62,376 bases of DNA from Acetofilamentum sp. (GCA_020720665.1 DYOF01000002.1:1-62376), one strand, 5' to 3'. Shown: positions 30,931-40,960, numbered from the stretch's first letter. Program-made: numbers and translations. The notes: generated from the letters alone by a model not told the origin.

Positions 30931-32268
30931 ATGAAAGTTATAATTGCAGGAGCCGGTGAAACCGGAACATATCTTGCACAATTACTATATAAAGCGAATA
31001 AAAATATTATCATTATTGATAAGAATAAAGATCTTCTCGAATACATTGATTCACACTATGATTTTTTAACCAAATACGGTTCATCTACTTCTATTAATGA
31101 TTTAAATTCAATCGGTATTAATAATGCCGATTTATTTATTGCCTTAACGCAAACAGAAGAAGCAAATATTACATCATGCATATTAGCTAAGAAATTAGGC
31201 GCAAAAAAAGTAATTGCAAGAATTGATAACAGCGAATATTTAGAAAATGATAATGAACGTTTTTTTAAAGAACTCGGAATTGATTCTTTAATTTATCCTG
31301 AAATTTTGGCAAGTGAAGAAATAATGAATTTAATTAACCGAACAGGAGCCAGTAAAACCTTCACTTTTGCCGAAGGAAAACTCCAATTGCTTGCCATTAA
31401 AATTAAAAAGGATGCTCCGGTACTTCTAAAAACCCTTCATGAAGTAACCTTAGAAGCCGGTGATTTAGATTTTAGAGCCGTTGCCATTACACGAAAAAAT
31501 GAAACAATTATTCCTAAAGGGTTTAACGCATTTCAAGAAGATGATTTATTTTATGTGATTTGTAATGAACAAGGCATCGGGAAATTAATGGAACTTTCAG
31601 GTAAAAAGCAAATTAATGTTGAAAACATTATGATTATGGGCGGTAGCCGAATAGGGTTAAAAACTGCTCTAAAATGTGAAAAAAGATGTCGAGTTAAATT
31701 GGTTGAAAAAGACCGTGATAAATGTGAAGAACTCAGTGAAAAATTGACGAATACTTTGGTTATTCACAGTGACGGGCGTGATACCGAACTGCTGAAAGAA
31801 GAAGGAATTGAAGGAACAGATATTTTTATTGCCGTAACCGGCAACTCCGAAACCAATATTTTAGCTTGTTTGCATGCAAAAAAATTAGGCGTTCCTAAAA
31901 CTATTGCCGAAATTGAAAACATGGATTATTTAGCTGTTGCCGAACAAATGGGAATTGAAAGTGTTATTAACAAAAAAACGATTGCATCCGGACACATATA
32001 TTCGCACATTATGAGCAAACAAGTTTCTTCTGTACAATGTTTAATAGGCAGTGATGCCGAAATACTTGAATATACTGTGAGAAAAGGGGCTAAAATAACT
32101 AAAAAGAAATTGATGGACATAAATTTTCCAAAAAAAGCTATAGTAGGCGGTGTAATCAGAAATGATGAAGTATTAATTGCAAAAGGCGACACATTAATAG
32201 AGGAAAATGATAAAGTAATTTTATTTGTCCTCCCCGAAGCTATTGATAAAGTAAATAATTTTTTTTAA
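30931..32268 (+). CDS. trkA: Trk potassium uptake system protein TrkA
   Basis: 445 aa. Two Rossmann motifs (IIAGAGETGTYLA, IMIMGGSRIGLK), each followed by a TrkA-C domain. Confidence 0.9.
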   Translation: MKVIIAGAGETGTYLAQLLYKANKNIIIIDKNKDLLEYIDSHYDFLTKYGSSTSINDLNSIGINNADLFIALTQTEEANITSCILAKKLGAKKVIARIDNSEYLENDNERFFKELGIDSLIYPEILASEEIMNLINRTGASKTFTFAEGKLQLLAIKIKKDAPVLLKTLHEVTLEAGDLDFRAVAITRKNETIIPKGFNAFQEDDLFYVICNEQGIGKLMELSGKKQINVENIMIMGGSRIGLKTALKCEKRCRVKLVEKDRDKCEELSEKLTNTLVIHSDGRDTELLKEEGIEGTDIFIAVTGNSETNILACLHAKKLGVPKTIAEIENMDYLAVAEQMGIESVINKKTIASGHIYSHIMSKQVSSVQCLIGSDAEILEYTVRKGAKITKKKLMDINFPKKAIVGGVIRNDEVLIAKGDTLIEENDKVILFVLPEAIDKVNNFF

Positions 32269-32282
32269 TTAAAATCATTATA

Positions 32283-32315
32283 AGCGGGAGTGCGACTCCG
32301 ATACGCACTCCCGCT
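32283..32315 (+). terminator. GC-rich perfect 12-bp hairpin downstream of trkA
   Basis: agcgggagtgcg (32283-32294) pairs with cgcactcccgct (32304-32315) around a 9-nt loop. There is no clear U-tract on the plus strand. Confidence 0.5.
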
Positions 32316-32332
32316 AAAATCACAAAGCAAAA

Positions 32333-32788
32333 ATGAAAAACATCCTGTTAATTATTATTATTTTTCTTTTCCTTTTTTCAGGAAAAACATTTTCACAATG
32401 TAATGTTGATAGCTTAATATATTTAAGAGATTTTAACACAACAAGTAAAGCTATAAAATATGAAGCTGTAAAATGGCCCGTTATACTAAACAGGCGTACA
32501 ATATACAAATTTTGCTTTACAGAAGGATTCGATAAACCGGCAAATTCCGATTATTATTGGAGAACTTTTAAAACACCGCAGTATTCAGAAATGCAATTAA
32601 TTAATTATACAGATTCATCTATAACAAAAATAAAATCCTCATATGAAAACGGTGTTGATACCTGTTGTTTTGATTATGATTGTCCAAAATCCGGAAAATA
32701 TTATATTATGATTTCAGCGAAAGATACTTCCTATGTACATAGATACTTCATTACTGCCGGATTATTTTTTGCAGGCAGAGTTAAATAA
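32333..32788 (+). CDS. Small exported Cys-containing hypothetical protein
   Basis: 151 aa with a signal peptide (LLIIIIFLFLFSGKTFSQ). No family recognised. Confidence 0.5.
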   Translation: MKNILLIIIIFLFLFSGKTFSQCNVDSLIYLRDFNTTSKAIKYEAVKWPVILNRRTIYKFCFTEGFDKPANSDYYWRTFKTPQYSEMQLINYTDSSITKIKSSYENGVDTCCFDYDCPKSGKYYIMISAKDTSYVHRYFITAGLFFAGRVK

Positions 32789-32800
32789 AAGTATATAGCA

Positions 32801-32831
32801 GCGAGAGTAAGACTTGGAATAGAACTCCCGC
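32801..32831 (-). terminator. Hairpin between convergent genes
   Basis: Arms gcgagagt (32801-32808) and actcccgc (32824-32831). On the minus-strand RNA this forms 8 bp including one G-U. It sits 11 nt past the stop of the 32842..34161 gene. Confidence 0.4.
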
Positions 32832-32841
32832 ATATGATATG

Positions 32842-34161
32842 CTAATAGTTTTCAAAAGGCAACCATAGTTTATCTCTGTAATCTTCACGATTAAAACGCT
32901 TTGTATCGGCAACTGTTCGGATATGTTCAGTAGTATAAGCCACTTCTTGTAAAAAGCCCAATGCTCTGTTAGCACTTTCGCCCATATTAATAAATACAGA
33001 TTCTCCGTTGTGTATTAATCCTCGTTTTAATGCTTCAAAAAAACCTAATACACCGGCAGCCGACGCCGGACCGATTTTAATTACACGTTCAAAACCGACC
33101 AAGCGAGCCAACGGAACAGCCATCTCTTCATTTACCGAAAAAATTTCGCCGCCGCTTTTTCTTACCAAAGGACCCATAAAGGGGTACATGCCGGGATTTC
33201 CTGTTGCAATGGTAGGAATGAGTGTAACCGGATTTTCGTAAATCGGATAATCTTTTTCCCATCCGTTCGGATAATTGTTATTTTTTGCATTTTCCCAGGC
33301 ATGTGCCATCGGAGCACATCGGTCGCCTTGTGATAATAAGAAACGCGGTAACTTTCCGAATAAATTTAATTCTTTAAAATCATCAAAAGCTTTGTCAACT
33401 GCAAACGGACCGGTTCCGCCGCTTAATGCCTGAATGTACACATCAGGGGTTTTGCCCATAACACGCATCATTTCAAATACTTGTGTTTTTTTTGCTTCCA
33501 ATCGCAAAGGGTCAAGATTTCCGCCGGTAATTAAAATTCCGTGTTCTTTTGCATAATCGGCAGCAACTTTTTTAGCATAGGCATAATCGCCTTTTACACG
33601 AAATAATTTTTGTCCGTAAGTTCCGATATGAGCTTCGCTGTCGGGAAGGGAATCTTCGGGAACAAAAACGGCACAAGAAACTCCGGCACGTGCCATATAA
33701 TGAGCGAATGCACTGGCTGTATTTCCGGTGCTCACTACAACATATTCTTTTATACCGTGTTCTTTCATTACTGAGGCTGCTAATGCTCCACCTTTGTCTT
33801 TGAAAGTTCCGGTTGCAAAACTTTTATCATTTCGGTTAATGAAAACTTCCAAATTCAAGTTATATTTTCGTTTTGCATAATCTTCAAAGAACTGCCAACG
33901 TTCAATCGGAGCTACTCCTTCACCTTCTGTAACAATATTTTCTTTATGTTCTAAAGGTAAAAAATCAAAGTAATGCCATAAACTTTCGGGTTTTTGATTT
34001 GCCTGAATTAATTCAATCAATTTATTTTTATCGGTATGATATATGGTATTTATCTTGTTATCACCGCATTCAGGACATTTTTGATTATTTGAAAACCATT
34101 CTTTAAAACCTTCAATTTCAAAACCGCAGGTCTTGCATTTAAAATAAAATTTATTATTCAT
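32842..34161 (-). CDS. Threonine-synthase-like PLP enzyme with an N-terminal zinc ribbon; candidate cysteate synthase
   Basis: 439 aa. Has CKTC...CPEC at the N-terminus and the PLP-lysine motif ATGTFKDKG. It is the last gene of the sulfate-activation operon. Confidence 0.55.
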   Translation of the reverse strand: MNNKFYFKCKTCGFEIEGFKEWFSNNQKCPECGDNKINTIYHTDKNKLIELIQANQKPESLWHYFDFLPLEHKENIVTEGEGVAPIERWQFFEDYAKRKYNLNLEVFINRNDKSFATGTFKDKGGALAASVMKEHGIKEYVVVSTGNTASAFAHYMARAGVSCAVFVPEDSLPDSEAHIGTYGQKLFRVKGDYAYAKKVAADYAKEHGILITGGNLDPLRLEAKKTQVFEMMRVMGKTPDVYIQALSGGTGPFAVDKAFDDFKELNLFGKLPRFLLSQGDRCAPMAHAWENAKNNNYPNGWEKDYPIYENPVTLIPTIATGNPGMYPFMGPLVRKSGGEIFSVNEEMAVPLARLVGFERVIKIGPASAAGVLGFFEALKRGLIHNGESVFINMGESANRALGFLQEVAYTTEHIRTVADTKRFNREDYRDKLWLPFENY

Positions 34162-34222
34162 TTTTAGTTTTTTACAAATATTTAAACTTATATTTTATGA
34201 TTATTTTAGTGTACAACTTTGA

Positions 34223-34480
34223 TTAATAGGAGTTTATCCTTCTATTTGTTTTAACGTAATAATAAATTCCGAATATTAAAAGCAAAAAAGCAACGACCAT
34301 TAAAATAATTCCCAGAACAAACATATTTTCAAGAAATTCAATTTTAATAACAACAAATCCGGAACTTAACAAAACAACAAACGACCTGAAAAAAGCTAAA
34401 AAAGTTCGAACATTTGCCAACTTAGTTCTTTCTGTTGCTAATTTATCGTTAGAGTCTAATTTTTGTTTTTCGCTCATCAT
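34223..34480 (-). CDS. DUF202 (YidH-like) small membrane protein
   Basis: 85 aa. Shows ERTKLANVRTFLAFFRS plus two TM helices. Confidence 0.65.
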   Translation of the reverse strand: MMSEKQKLDSNDKLATERTKLANVRTFLAFFRSFVVLLSSGFVVIKIEFLENMFVLGIILMVVAFLLLIFGIYYYVKTNRRINSY

Positions 34481-34484
34481 TTTA

Positions 34485-35291
34485 TTATCTTTTTACAATA
34501 AAATCAGGGTTTAATAAATTTTCTTTATTATACAGAAACGGACTTCCGTTAACTTGAGTTAATGATGCACCGGAAGCATTTAAAATGGCATGTCCGGCAG
34601 CTGTATCCCACTCCATTGTAGTACCGAAACGCGGATAGACATCGGATTTCCCCTCTGCTATCATACAGTGTTTTAAAGAACTTCCTACAGACATTAATTC
34701 GATTTCGCCTTTTTCTTCTTTTATTTTTTTTATATATTCAAGTGTTTCATCTGACATATGAGAACGACTTCCGACAACCGTAAAATTTCTTTTATCAGCC
34801 GGTAAGGGTAATTTTTGAGCATCAAAAGAGAAAACCGAAAAACCTTCTTTTTTATATCCGGTGAAGTTTATACCTTCAATTTTAAATGCTCCGGTTTCAG
34901 AATCTCCGAAGTATAAAACACTCGTAACCGGCACATAAATTATTCCCATAACGGGTATCTTATTATGAATTAATGCAATATTAACAGTAAATTCGCCGTT
35001 TCGTTTTATAAATTCTTTTGTTCCGTCAAGCGGATCGACTAACCAGAAATATTCCCAATTTTTTCTTTCGTTAAATGAGAGCAGCTTACCTTCTTCACTT
35101 AATATCGGAATATTTGTTTCAAGTAAAATTTCAACAATTTTCAAATGTGCATTTTTGTCAGCTTTTGTTAAAGGAGAATTATCTTCTTTTGAAACAATCT
35201 GAAAATCATCGCCTTTATAAACTGCTAAAATTTCGTCGCCGGCAGCTAAAGAAGCTTCTACGGCAATTTTCATTAATTTATTAAAATCCAT
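34485..35291 (-). CDS. cysQ: 3'(2'),5'-bisphosphate nucleotidase
   Basis: 268 aa with inositol-monophosphatase-family motifs (LSEEG, WLVDPLDGTKEF, WDTAAG). Confidence 0.85.
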   Translation of the reverse strand: MDFNKLMKIAVEASLAAGDEILAVYKGDDFQIVSKEDNSPLTKADKNAHLKIVEILLETNIPILSEEGKLLSFNERKNWEYFWLVDPLDGTKEFIKRNGEFTVNIALIHNKIPVMGIIYVPVTSVLYFGDSETGAFKIEGINFTGYKKEGFSVFSFDAQKLPLPADKRNFTVVGSRSHMSDETLEYIKKIKEEKGEIELMSVGSSLKHCMIAEGKSDVYPRFGTTMEWDTAAGHAILNASGASLTQVNGSPFLYNKENLLNPDFIVKR

Positions 35292-36049
35292 TATACGATT
35301 CGGTGTGTGTGTGATGAATTCGCTTGGTTTGTCGGCATTATTAAAATATCATTAATCGTAACGTGAGGCGGTCGTGTAATAACAAACTCTATCGCATCTG
35401 CAATATCTTGAGCGTAAAGCGGTGTTAATCCTTCATAAACTTTATCAGCAGCTTGTTTATCACCTAAACGAACTTCTGAAAATTCCGTATCAACCATACC
35501 CGGGCTGATTGAACTTACTTTAATTCCGTAGGGTAACATATCAATTCGCATGGCTTTTGTTAGTGAATCAACGGCATGTTTTGTGGCACAATAAACATTT
35601 CCTTTAAAGTAGGTTTCTTTTCCTGCAATTGAACTGATATTTATTATTTGACCTGTTTTGCGTTTAATCATCAGAGGCATTATTGAACGTGAAATATATA
35701 ACAGACCTTTTACATTTGTGTCAATCATTTTTTCCCAATCATCAATATTTCCTTCCTGAATTAAATCTAATCCGGATGCCAAACCGGCATTATTTAACAG
35801 TACATCAACGGATTTCCATTCAACAGGCAGGTTCTCAATTTGAGCGGCAGTTTCACTCCTGTTTCTTATATCAAAATTTAATGTCAATACTTCAACACCA
35901 TATTCTTCAATTATTTTTTTTGATAAGTCTTGTAAACGTTCGTTTCTTCTGCCGGTAATAATTAAATTGTAATTTAATTTTGCCAGCATTAATGCAGCTG
36001 CTTTTCCAATTCCGGAAGTAGCTCCGGAAACTATTGCCGTTTTATTCAT
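35291..36049 (-). CDS. Short-chain dehydrogenase/reductase (SDR)
   Basis: 252 aa with GATSGIGKA, NNAG and YCATKHA motifs. Embedded in the cys operon: a 1-nt overlap with cysQ and a 2-nt gap to the permease. Confidence 0.88.
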   Translation of the reverse strand: MNKTAIVSGATSGIGKAAALMLAKLNYNLIITGRRNERLQDLSKKIIEEYGVEVLTLNFDIRNRSETAAQIENLPVEWKSVDVLLNNAGLASGLDLIQEGNIDDWEKMIDTNVKGLLYISRSIMPLMIKRKTGQIINISSIAGKETYFKGNVYCATKHAVDSLTKAMRIDMLPYGIKVSSISPGMVDTEFSEVRLGDKQAADKVYEGLTPLYAQDIADAIEFVITRPPHVTINDILIMPTNQANSSHTHRIV

Positions 36050-36051
36050 TT

Positions 36052-37827
36052 TTAAAAATACATTAAACTTAATATCGTAATAGTAACAATCATATATAAT
36101 AAAGTCAAGGGTGCACCTATCCGGAAAAAATCTTTAAATTTATATCCTCCCGGTCCGTATATCATTAAATTGGTTTGATAACCTATGGGTGTCATAAAAT
36201 TAGCTGCAGCAGCATATGCAACAACTAAAATAAAAGGCATAACATCAACATTTAATTCTAATGCTAAGCTAAGTGATACCGGGAAAATTACGGCAACAGC
36301 AGCTTTATTTGTAATATAAGCTGCTAAAATTGTAGTTATCATATAAATTCCGGTAAGTATTCCGACTTTTCCGAGCGGTTTAAAAACAATAATTATTCCC
36401 TCAGAAAATAATTCGGCTACACCGGTTTTCATCATAGCCATTCCGAGTGCCAATGATAGTGCAATTATTATAATCAGGTCATAATCAATACTTTTAACTA
36501 AATCTTTTGGTCTTGTAATTTTCATTATTACAAGTCCGGTAAGTAAAACCATTAAGCCGTTAAAAAATTTAATAAGACCGATTGTTGACAGCAAAATTAC
36601 TAAAATTGTACCGCCTACTAAAAACATTGTTCTTAAAAAACCGAGCCGTCTTATTTCTTTTACTCTTGATGTTAAGAAAAAATCAACAGTATCTTTTAAT
36701 CTGGCTTCAAAATATGTCCCTGCAAGCAAAAGAACAGAGTCGCCTGCTTTTAATTCGGTATTTCCTAATTTCCCGGCAAAAGTTTCACCGTCACGATTTA
36801 CTGCTATAGCGGTTGCATCATATTTAGCTCTGAAATTAACTTCTTTTATCGTTTTTCCGGCAATTGAAGAATTATGTGAAATAACAACTTCAATAACTTC
36901 TGTATTTTTTTTTCTTGAAAACATCCCTACGGAAGGAATTTCAATTCCGTTTTTTGATTTTACGAAATCAGCTATTGATTCTGTTGAGCCTGTAAATAAC
37001 AAAATATCTTCTTCCATTAAAATGGTATCATTCGGAACTGCTGTAATGCGAATATCTTCACGTAATATTTCAAACAAAAACAGTCCTTCTAAATTTCTTA
37101 AACCGGCTTCTGCAATGGTTTTCCCTATTAAATCGCTGTTTGTTTTTATTCGCCCTTCAACAATAAATTTTCGTTCTAAAGCATTGATTTTATCTATCGG
37201 ATTTTTATTTTCGGGTAATAGTTTTTGACCGAAAAATAAAATATAGGCAATTCCTATAACAATCATTGGAACACCCACGGCCGAAAAATCAAAAATATCT
37301 AATTGCGGTAAATTGGGAATTATTTTCTGGTCGGTTACTAAGCCGTTAACGATTAAATTTGTTGATGTTCCGATTAAAGTTGCACAGCCTCCGAGAATTG
37401 CAGCAAAAGACAAGGGAATCATCAATTTTGAAACCGGAGCTTTTAATCTGTCGGCTGTTGTGTGTACGTAGGGCATTAATAAAGCCACAAGAGGAGTATT
37501 GTTCAAAAAAGCCGATAAGAATGCTACGACAAACATCATTCTTGCCGTAAAATTCCGGATTGATTTGGAGCGTGTAAAGAAGTAATCAAAAAAGATATCT
37601 AAAACAGATGTTCTTCTGTAAATATCACCTAATAACAATAACATAACAATAACGGCAATTTGCTCATTAGCAAAACCGTCAAGAATTTCTGACGGGTCTA
37701 ATACATTTGTTATTCCTAAAACAATAACGGCAATAATAAATGTCATAGTCGGTCCTAAAATCTCTTTATATAAAGAGACAATTAAAAAAAGAAGTACTGC
37801 TATAACAATTATTGCATCAAAAGTCAT
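36052..37827 (-). CDS. SLC13/DASS-family anion permease with two central TrkA-C domains (probable sulfate transporter)
   Basis: 591 aa, polytopic. Two TrkA-C-like segments (GKTIAEAGLRNLEGLFLFEI..., GKTIKEVNFRAKYDATAIAV...). Operon context with cysDN. Confidence 0.75.
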   Translation of the reverse strand: MTFDAIIVIAVLLFLIVSLYKEILGPTMTFIIAVIVLGITNVLDPSEILDGFANEQIAVIVMLLLLGDIYRRTSVLDIFFDYFFTRSKSIRNFTARMMFVVAFLSAFLNNTPLVALLMPYVHTTADRLKAPVSKLMIPLSFAAILGGCATLIGTSTNLIVNGLVTDQKIIPNLPQLDIFDFSAVGVPMIVIGIAYILFFGQKLLPENKNPIDKINALERKFIVEGRIKTNSDLIGKTIAEAGLRNLEGLFLFEILREDIRITAVPNDTILMEEDILLFTGSTESIADFVKSKNGIEIPSVGMFSRKKNTEVIEVVISHNSSIAGKTIKEVNFRAKYDATAIAVNRDGETFAGKLGNTELKAGDSVLLLAGTYFEARLKDTVDFFLTSRVKEIRRLGFLRTMFLVGGTILVILLSTIGLIKFFNGLMVLLTGLVIMKITRPKDLVKSIDYDLIIIIALSLALGMAMMKTGVAELFSEGIIIVFKPLGKVGILTGIYMITTILAAYITNKAAVAVIFPVSLSLALELNVDVMPFILVVAYAAAANFMTPIGYQTNLMIYGPGGYKFKDFFRIGAPLTLLYMIVTITILSLMYF

Positions 37828-37859
37828 CTAATCATTTTTGAAACGAAATTGATAATTCA

Positions 37860-39149
37860 TTATTGGCGTTCAACAATCATACCTGCTCCTACAGTTTCAT
37901 TCGTAACTTCATCAACCAAAATGAAACTGCCTGTATTACGGTTTTTTCGGTATGAATCAAAAAACAAAGTTTGTGTCGTGCGGAGTTGAATACGAGCAAT
38001 ATCATTCATTTTAACCGTTTTATCTTCATAATTACGTTCAAGAGTATTGATATCCATTTTAAATTTCACCTCTTGAATCATACATTTTACATCTTTAGTT
38101 GTATGTCTTAAACTATATTTTCCTCTGACTTGGAGCGGTCGTTCATTGAACCAACTAATCATCGCAGTAATATCTTGGCTTTGAAGCGGAATATTATTTG
38201 CTTTAACAATCATATCTCCTCTGCTGACATCAATATCATCAGTAATTGTAATAGAAACGGATTGCGGAGCAAATGCCGTTTCTAAACTTTCTGTCAAAGT
38301 ATCAATTGATTGTATTGATGATTCAAATCCTGACGGTAAAATTTTAATTCGGTCACCAACTCTAAAAATACCTCCGTCTATTCTGCCGCCGTATCCTCTG
38401 TAATCATGGTATTCATCAGTTTGGGGTCTGATTACAAATTGAACAGGAAATCGGGCATCTACATGATTATGGTCACCTGATATGTAAACATTTTCTAAAA
38501 GATGTAACAAGGTTGCACCTTCATACCATTTCATATTTTTTGAGCGTTCTACAACATTGTCGCCCACTAATGCACTGATAGGAATAAAACTGATATCTTT
38601 TGTATCTAATTTGGGAGCAAAACCCATAAATTGTTTTTTTATTTTATCATAAACGTCTTCTTCGTAAGCTACTAAATCCATTTTATTAATACAAACAACA
38701 AGATGAGGTATTTGCAATAATGATGCAATATATGCATGGCGAAGTGTTTGCTCTACTACACCGTTTCTGGCATCAATTAAAATGATAGCCAAATTGGCAG
38801 TGGATGCACCGGTAACCATATTTCGAGTATATTGAATATGTCCGGGAGTATCTGCAATAATAAATTTTCTTTTAGGAGTTGCAAAATATCTGTATGCAAC
38901 ATCAATGGTAATTCCTTGTTCTCTTTCGGCTCTTAATCCGTCAGTTAACAATGCCAAATCGGCTTCTTCTTTTCCTTTATTTTTACTGGCTCGTTCTATG
39001 GCTTCAATTTGATCTTCAAAAATGGATTTACTGTCATAAAGTAATCGACCGATTAATGTACTTTTACCGTCATCAACACTTCCTGCTGTTGTAAAACGTA
39101 AAAGTTCCATGTCAAGATACCCGTTTGAATCGTATGTATTGTTTTCCAT
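37860..39149 (-). CDS. cysN: Sulfate adenylyltransferase subunit 1 (GTPase), without a fused APS kinase
   Basis: 429 aa with GSVDDGKST, DTPGH and NKMD. Too short to include a CysC domain. Confidence 0.93.
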   Translation of the reverse strand: MENNTYDSNGYLDMELLRFTTAGSVDDGKSTLIGRLLYDSKSIFEDQIEAIERASKNKGKEEADLALLTDGLRAEREQGITIDVAYRYFATPKRKFIIADTPGHIQYTRNMVTGASTANLAIILIDARNGVVEQTLRHAYIASLLQIPHLVVCINKMDLVAYEEDVYDKIKKQFMGFAPKLDTKDISFIPISALVGDNVVERSKNMKWYEGATLLHLLENVYISGDHNHVDARFPVQFVIRPQTDEYHDYRGYGGRIDGGIFRVGDRIKILPSGFESSIQSIDTLTESLETAFAPQSVSITITDDIDVSRGDMIVKANNIPLQSQDITAMISWFNERPLQVRGKYSLRHTTKDVKCMIQEVKFKMDINTLERNYEDKTVKMNDIARIQLRTTQTLFFDSYRKNRNTGSFILVDEVTNETVGAGMIVERQ

Positions 39150-39169
39150 TATTTTGTTTTTGCTTGGGT

Positions 39170-40075
39170 TTAAAAATATCCTTCTTTTTTTCTGTCTTCC
39201 ATTGCTGTTTCAGAGCGTTTATCGTCAAACCTCTTTCCTCTTTCGGTTGTACGTTCGGCTGCTGTTTCCTCAATAATATCTTTTACGTTATCTGCTTTAG
39301 AACGGGTTAAACCGGTATTGGTTATATCGCCTATTGTTCTGCATCTTACATCTAAAATTTCTGCCTTTTCTTCAGGTTTCAATTTCATAAAAGGTGCCGT
39401 TGATAACAATACGCCGTCACGATTAAACACTTCACGTTTGTGAGTAAAATACAGACTCGGAATTTCAATATCTTCCATGTAAATGTATTGCCATACATCT
39501 AATTCTGTCCAATTACTTAGCGGAAACACTCTAAAATGTTCTCCCATTCTTTTTTTCCCGTTAAATATATTCCACAATTCGGGTCTTTGATTTTTCGGAT
39601 CCCATTGTCCGAACTCATCTCTGTGTGAAAAAAATCGTTCTTTTGCTCGAGCTTTTTCTTCGTCTCTTCTGCCACCCCCTATAGCTGCATCAAATTTATA
39701 TTCTTCTATGGCATCTAACAATGTAGTTGTTTGCAACACATTTCTGCTGGCATTATAACCGGTTTCTTCTTGAACTCTGCCGGCATCAATAGTTTTTTGC
39801 ACGGAACCGATATATAATTTTACACCGTGTTTTTTAACTAAATTGTCTCTAAAAATAAGTGTTTCTTCAAAATTATGTCCGGTGTCAATATGTAACAAAG
39901 GAATAGGTACTTTTGCAGGGAAAAAAGCTTTTCCGGCTAAATGAAACATTACGATTGAATCCTTACCTCCCGAAAATAGTATTACCGGATTATCAAATTG
40001 AGCAGCTACTTCTCTGAATACAAAAATTGATTCGGCTTCTAACTCTCTTAAATGATTAAGATTATATTTACTCAT
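39170..40075 (-). CDS. cysD: Sulfate adenylyltransferase subunit 2
   Basis: 301 aa with a PAPS-reductase-like fold (LFSGGKDS) and the conserved C-terminus KKEGYF. Confidence 0.93.
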   Translation of the reverse strand: MSKYNLNHLRELEAESIFVFREVAAQFDNPVILFSGGKDSIVMFHLAGKAFFPAKVPIPLLHIDTGHNFEETLIFRDNLVKKHGVKLYIGSVQKTIDAGRVQEETGYNASRNVLQTTTLLDAIEEYKFDAAIGGGRRDEEKARAKERFFSHRDEFGQWDPKNQRPELWNIFNGKKRMGEHFRVFPLSNWTELDVWQYIYMEDIEIPSLYFTHKREVFNRDGVLLSTAPFMKLKPEEKAEILDVRCRTIGDITNTGLTRSKADNVKDIIEETAAERTTERGKRFDDKRSETAMEDRKKEGYF

Positions 40076-40087
40076 ATTCCAAATTGT

Positions 40088-40822
40088 TTATTTTATTCTT
40101 TTTATATTAAAACTTAGCGTTTTTTGGTCTATATGGAGACCGCATTCTTTACTGTCTTTATTTTCCCACCACCATCTGCCGGCTCTGATATCTTCTCCGG
40201 GATTGACGGCTCGTGTACAAGGAGCACAACCTATACTCAAAAAACCTTGATCGTGTAAATTATTATACGGAACATTATATTTTTTAAGGTATAACAATAC
40301 TTCGTTCAAAGTCCACTTTGTTAACGGATTAAATTTTATTACATTGAAACTGTCATTAGGTTCCAATAATGCTAATTCTGTACGGGTTACTGATTGTTCC
40401 GCTCTTAAACCCGTTATCCATAAATCTGCTGACTTTAATGCTCTTGCCAGGGGGTAAACTTTGCGAATATTGCAACACTCTTTTCTATTTTCTATCGAAT
40501 CATAAAAACTATAAACACCTTTTTCGGAAACCATTTTTTCAACTTGCTCTTTATCGGGAAAATAAACTTTTATTTTTTGTTCATATTTTTCATTCGTTTT
40601 ATTCCATATTTTATAGGTTTCTTCAAACATTCGCCCGGTATCTAATGTAAAAATTTCAATCTGAATTTTATTTCTGAAAATTAAATCAGTTAACACTTGA
40701 TCCTCTTGCCCGAAACTTGTTGAAAATGCTATTTTATCTTTGTATTTTTCAGCCAAAAATTTAAGTTGATTCTCTATTGACAAATTTTGAATTTGTTCTG
40801 TCAGTTTGTTCAGTTCTTCCAT
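40088..40822 (-). CDS. cysH: Adenylylsulfate (APS)/PAPS reductase of the Fe-S (APS-reductase) type
   Basis: 244 aa. Has the cysteine pairs ECCNIRK and GCAPCT plus the catalytic KECGLH tail. Confidence 0.85.
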   Translation of the reverse strand: MEELNKLTEQIQNLSIENQLKFLAEKYKDKIAFSTSFGQEDQVLTDLIFRNKIQIEIFTLDTGRMFEETYKIWNKTNEKYEQKIKVYFPDKEQVEKMVSEKGVYSFYDSIENRKECCNIRKVYPLARALKSADLWITGLRAEQSVTRTELALLEPNDSFNVIKFNPLTKWTLNEVLLYLKKYNVPYNNLHDQGFLSIGCAPCTRAVNPGEDIRAGRWWWENKDSKECGLHIDQKTLSFNIKRIK

Positions 40823-40960
40823 TTTTTTTATAATTTTTGCAATGATAACTTTTTGCTGACGGAATTATTTTTCCGGCACTAAAAACGCTTTTATCAAACA
40901 ATTATCATTTAGCAAAATTTCATCAATTCGACATTAACTCTTGTGTTGTTCAACTATAAT

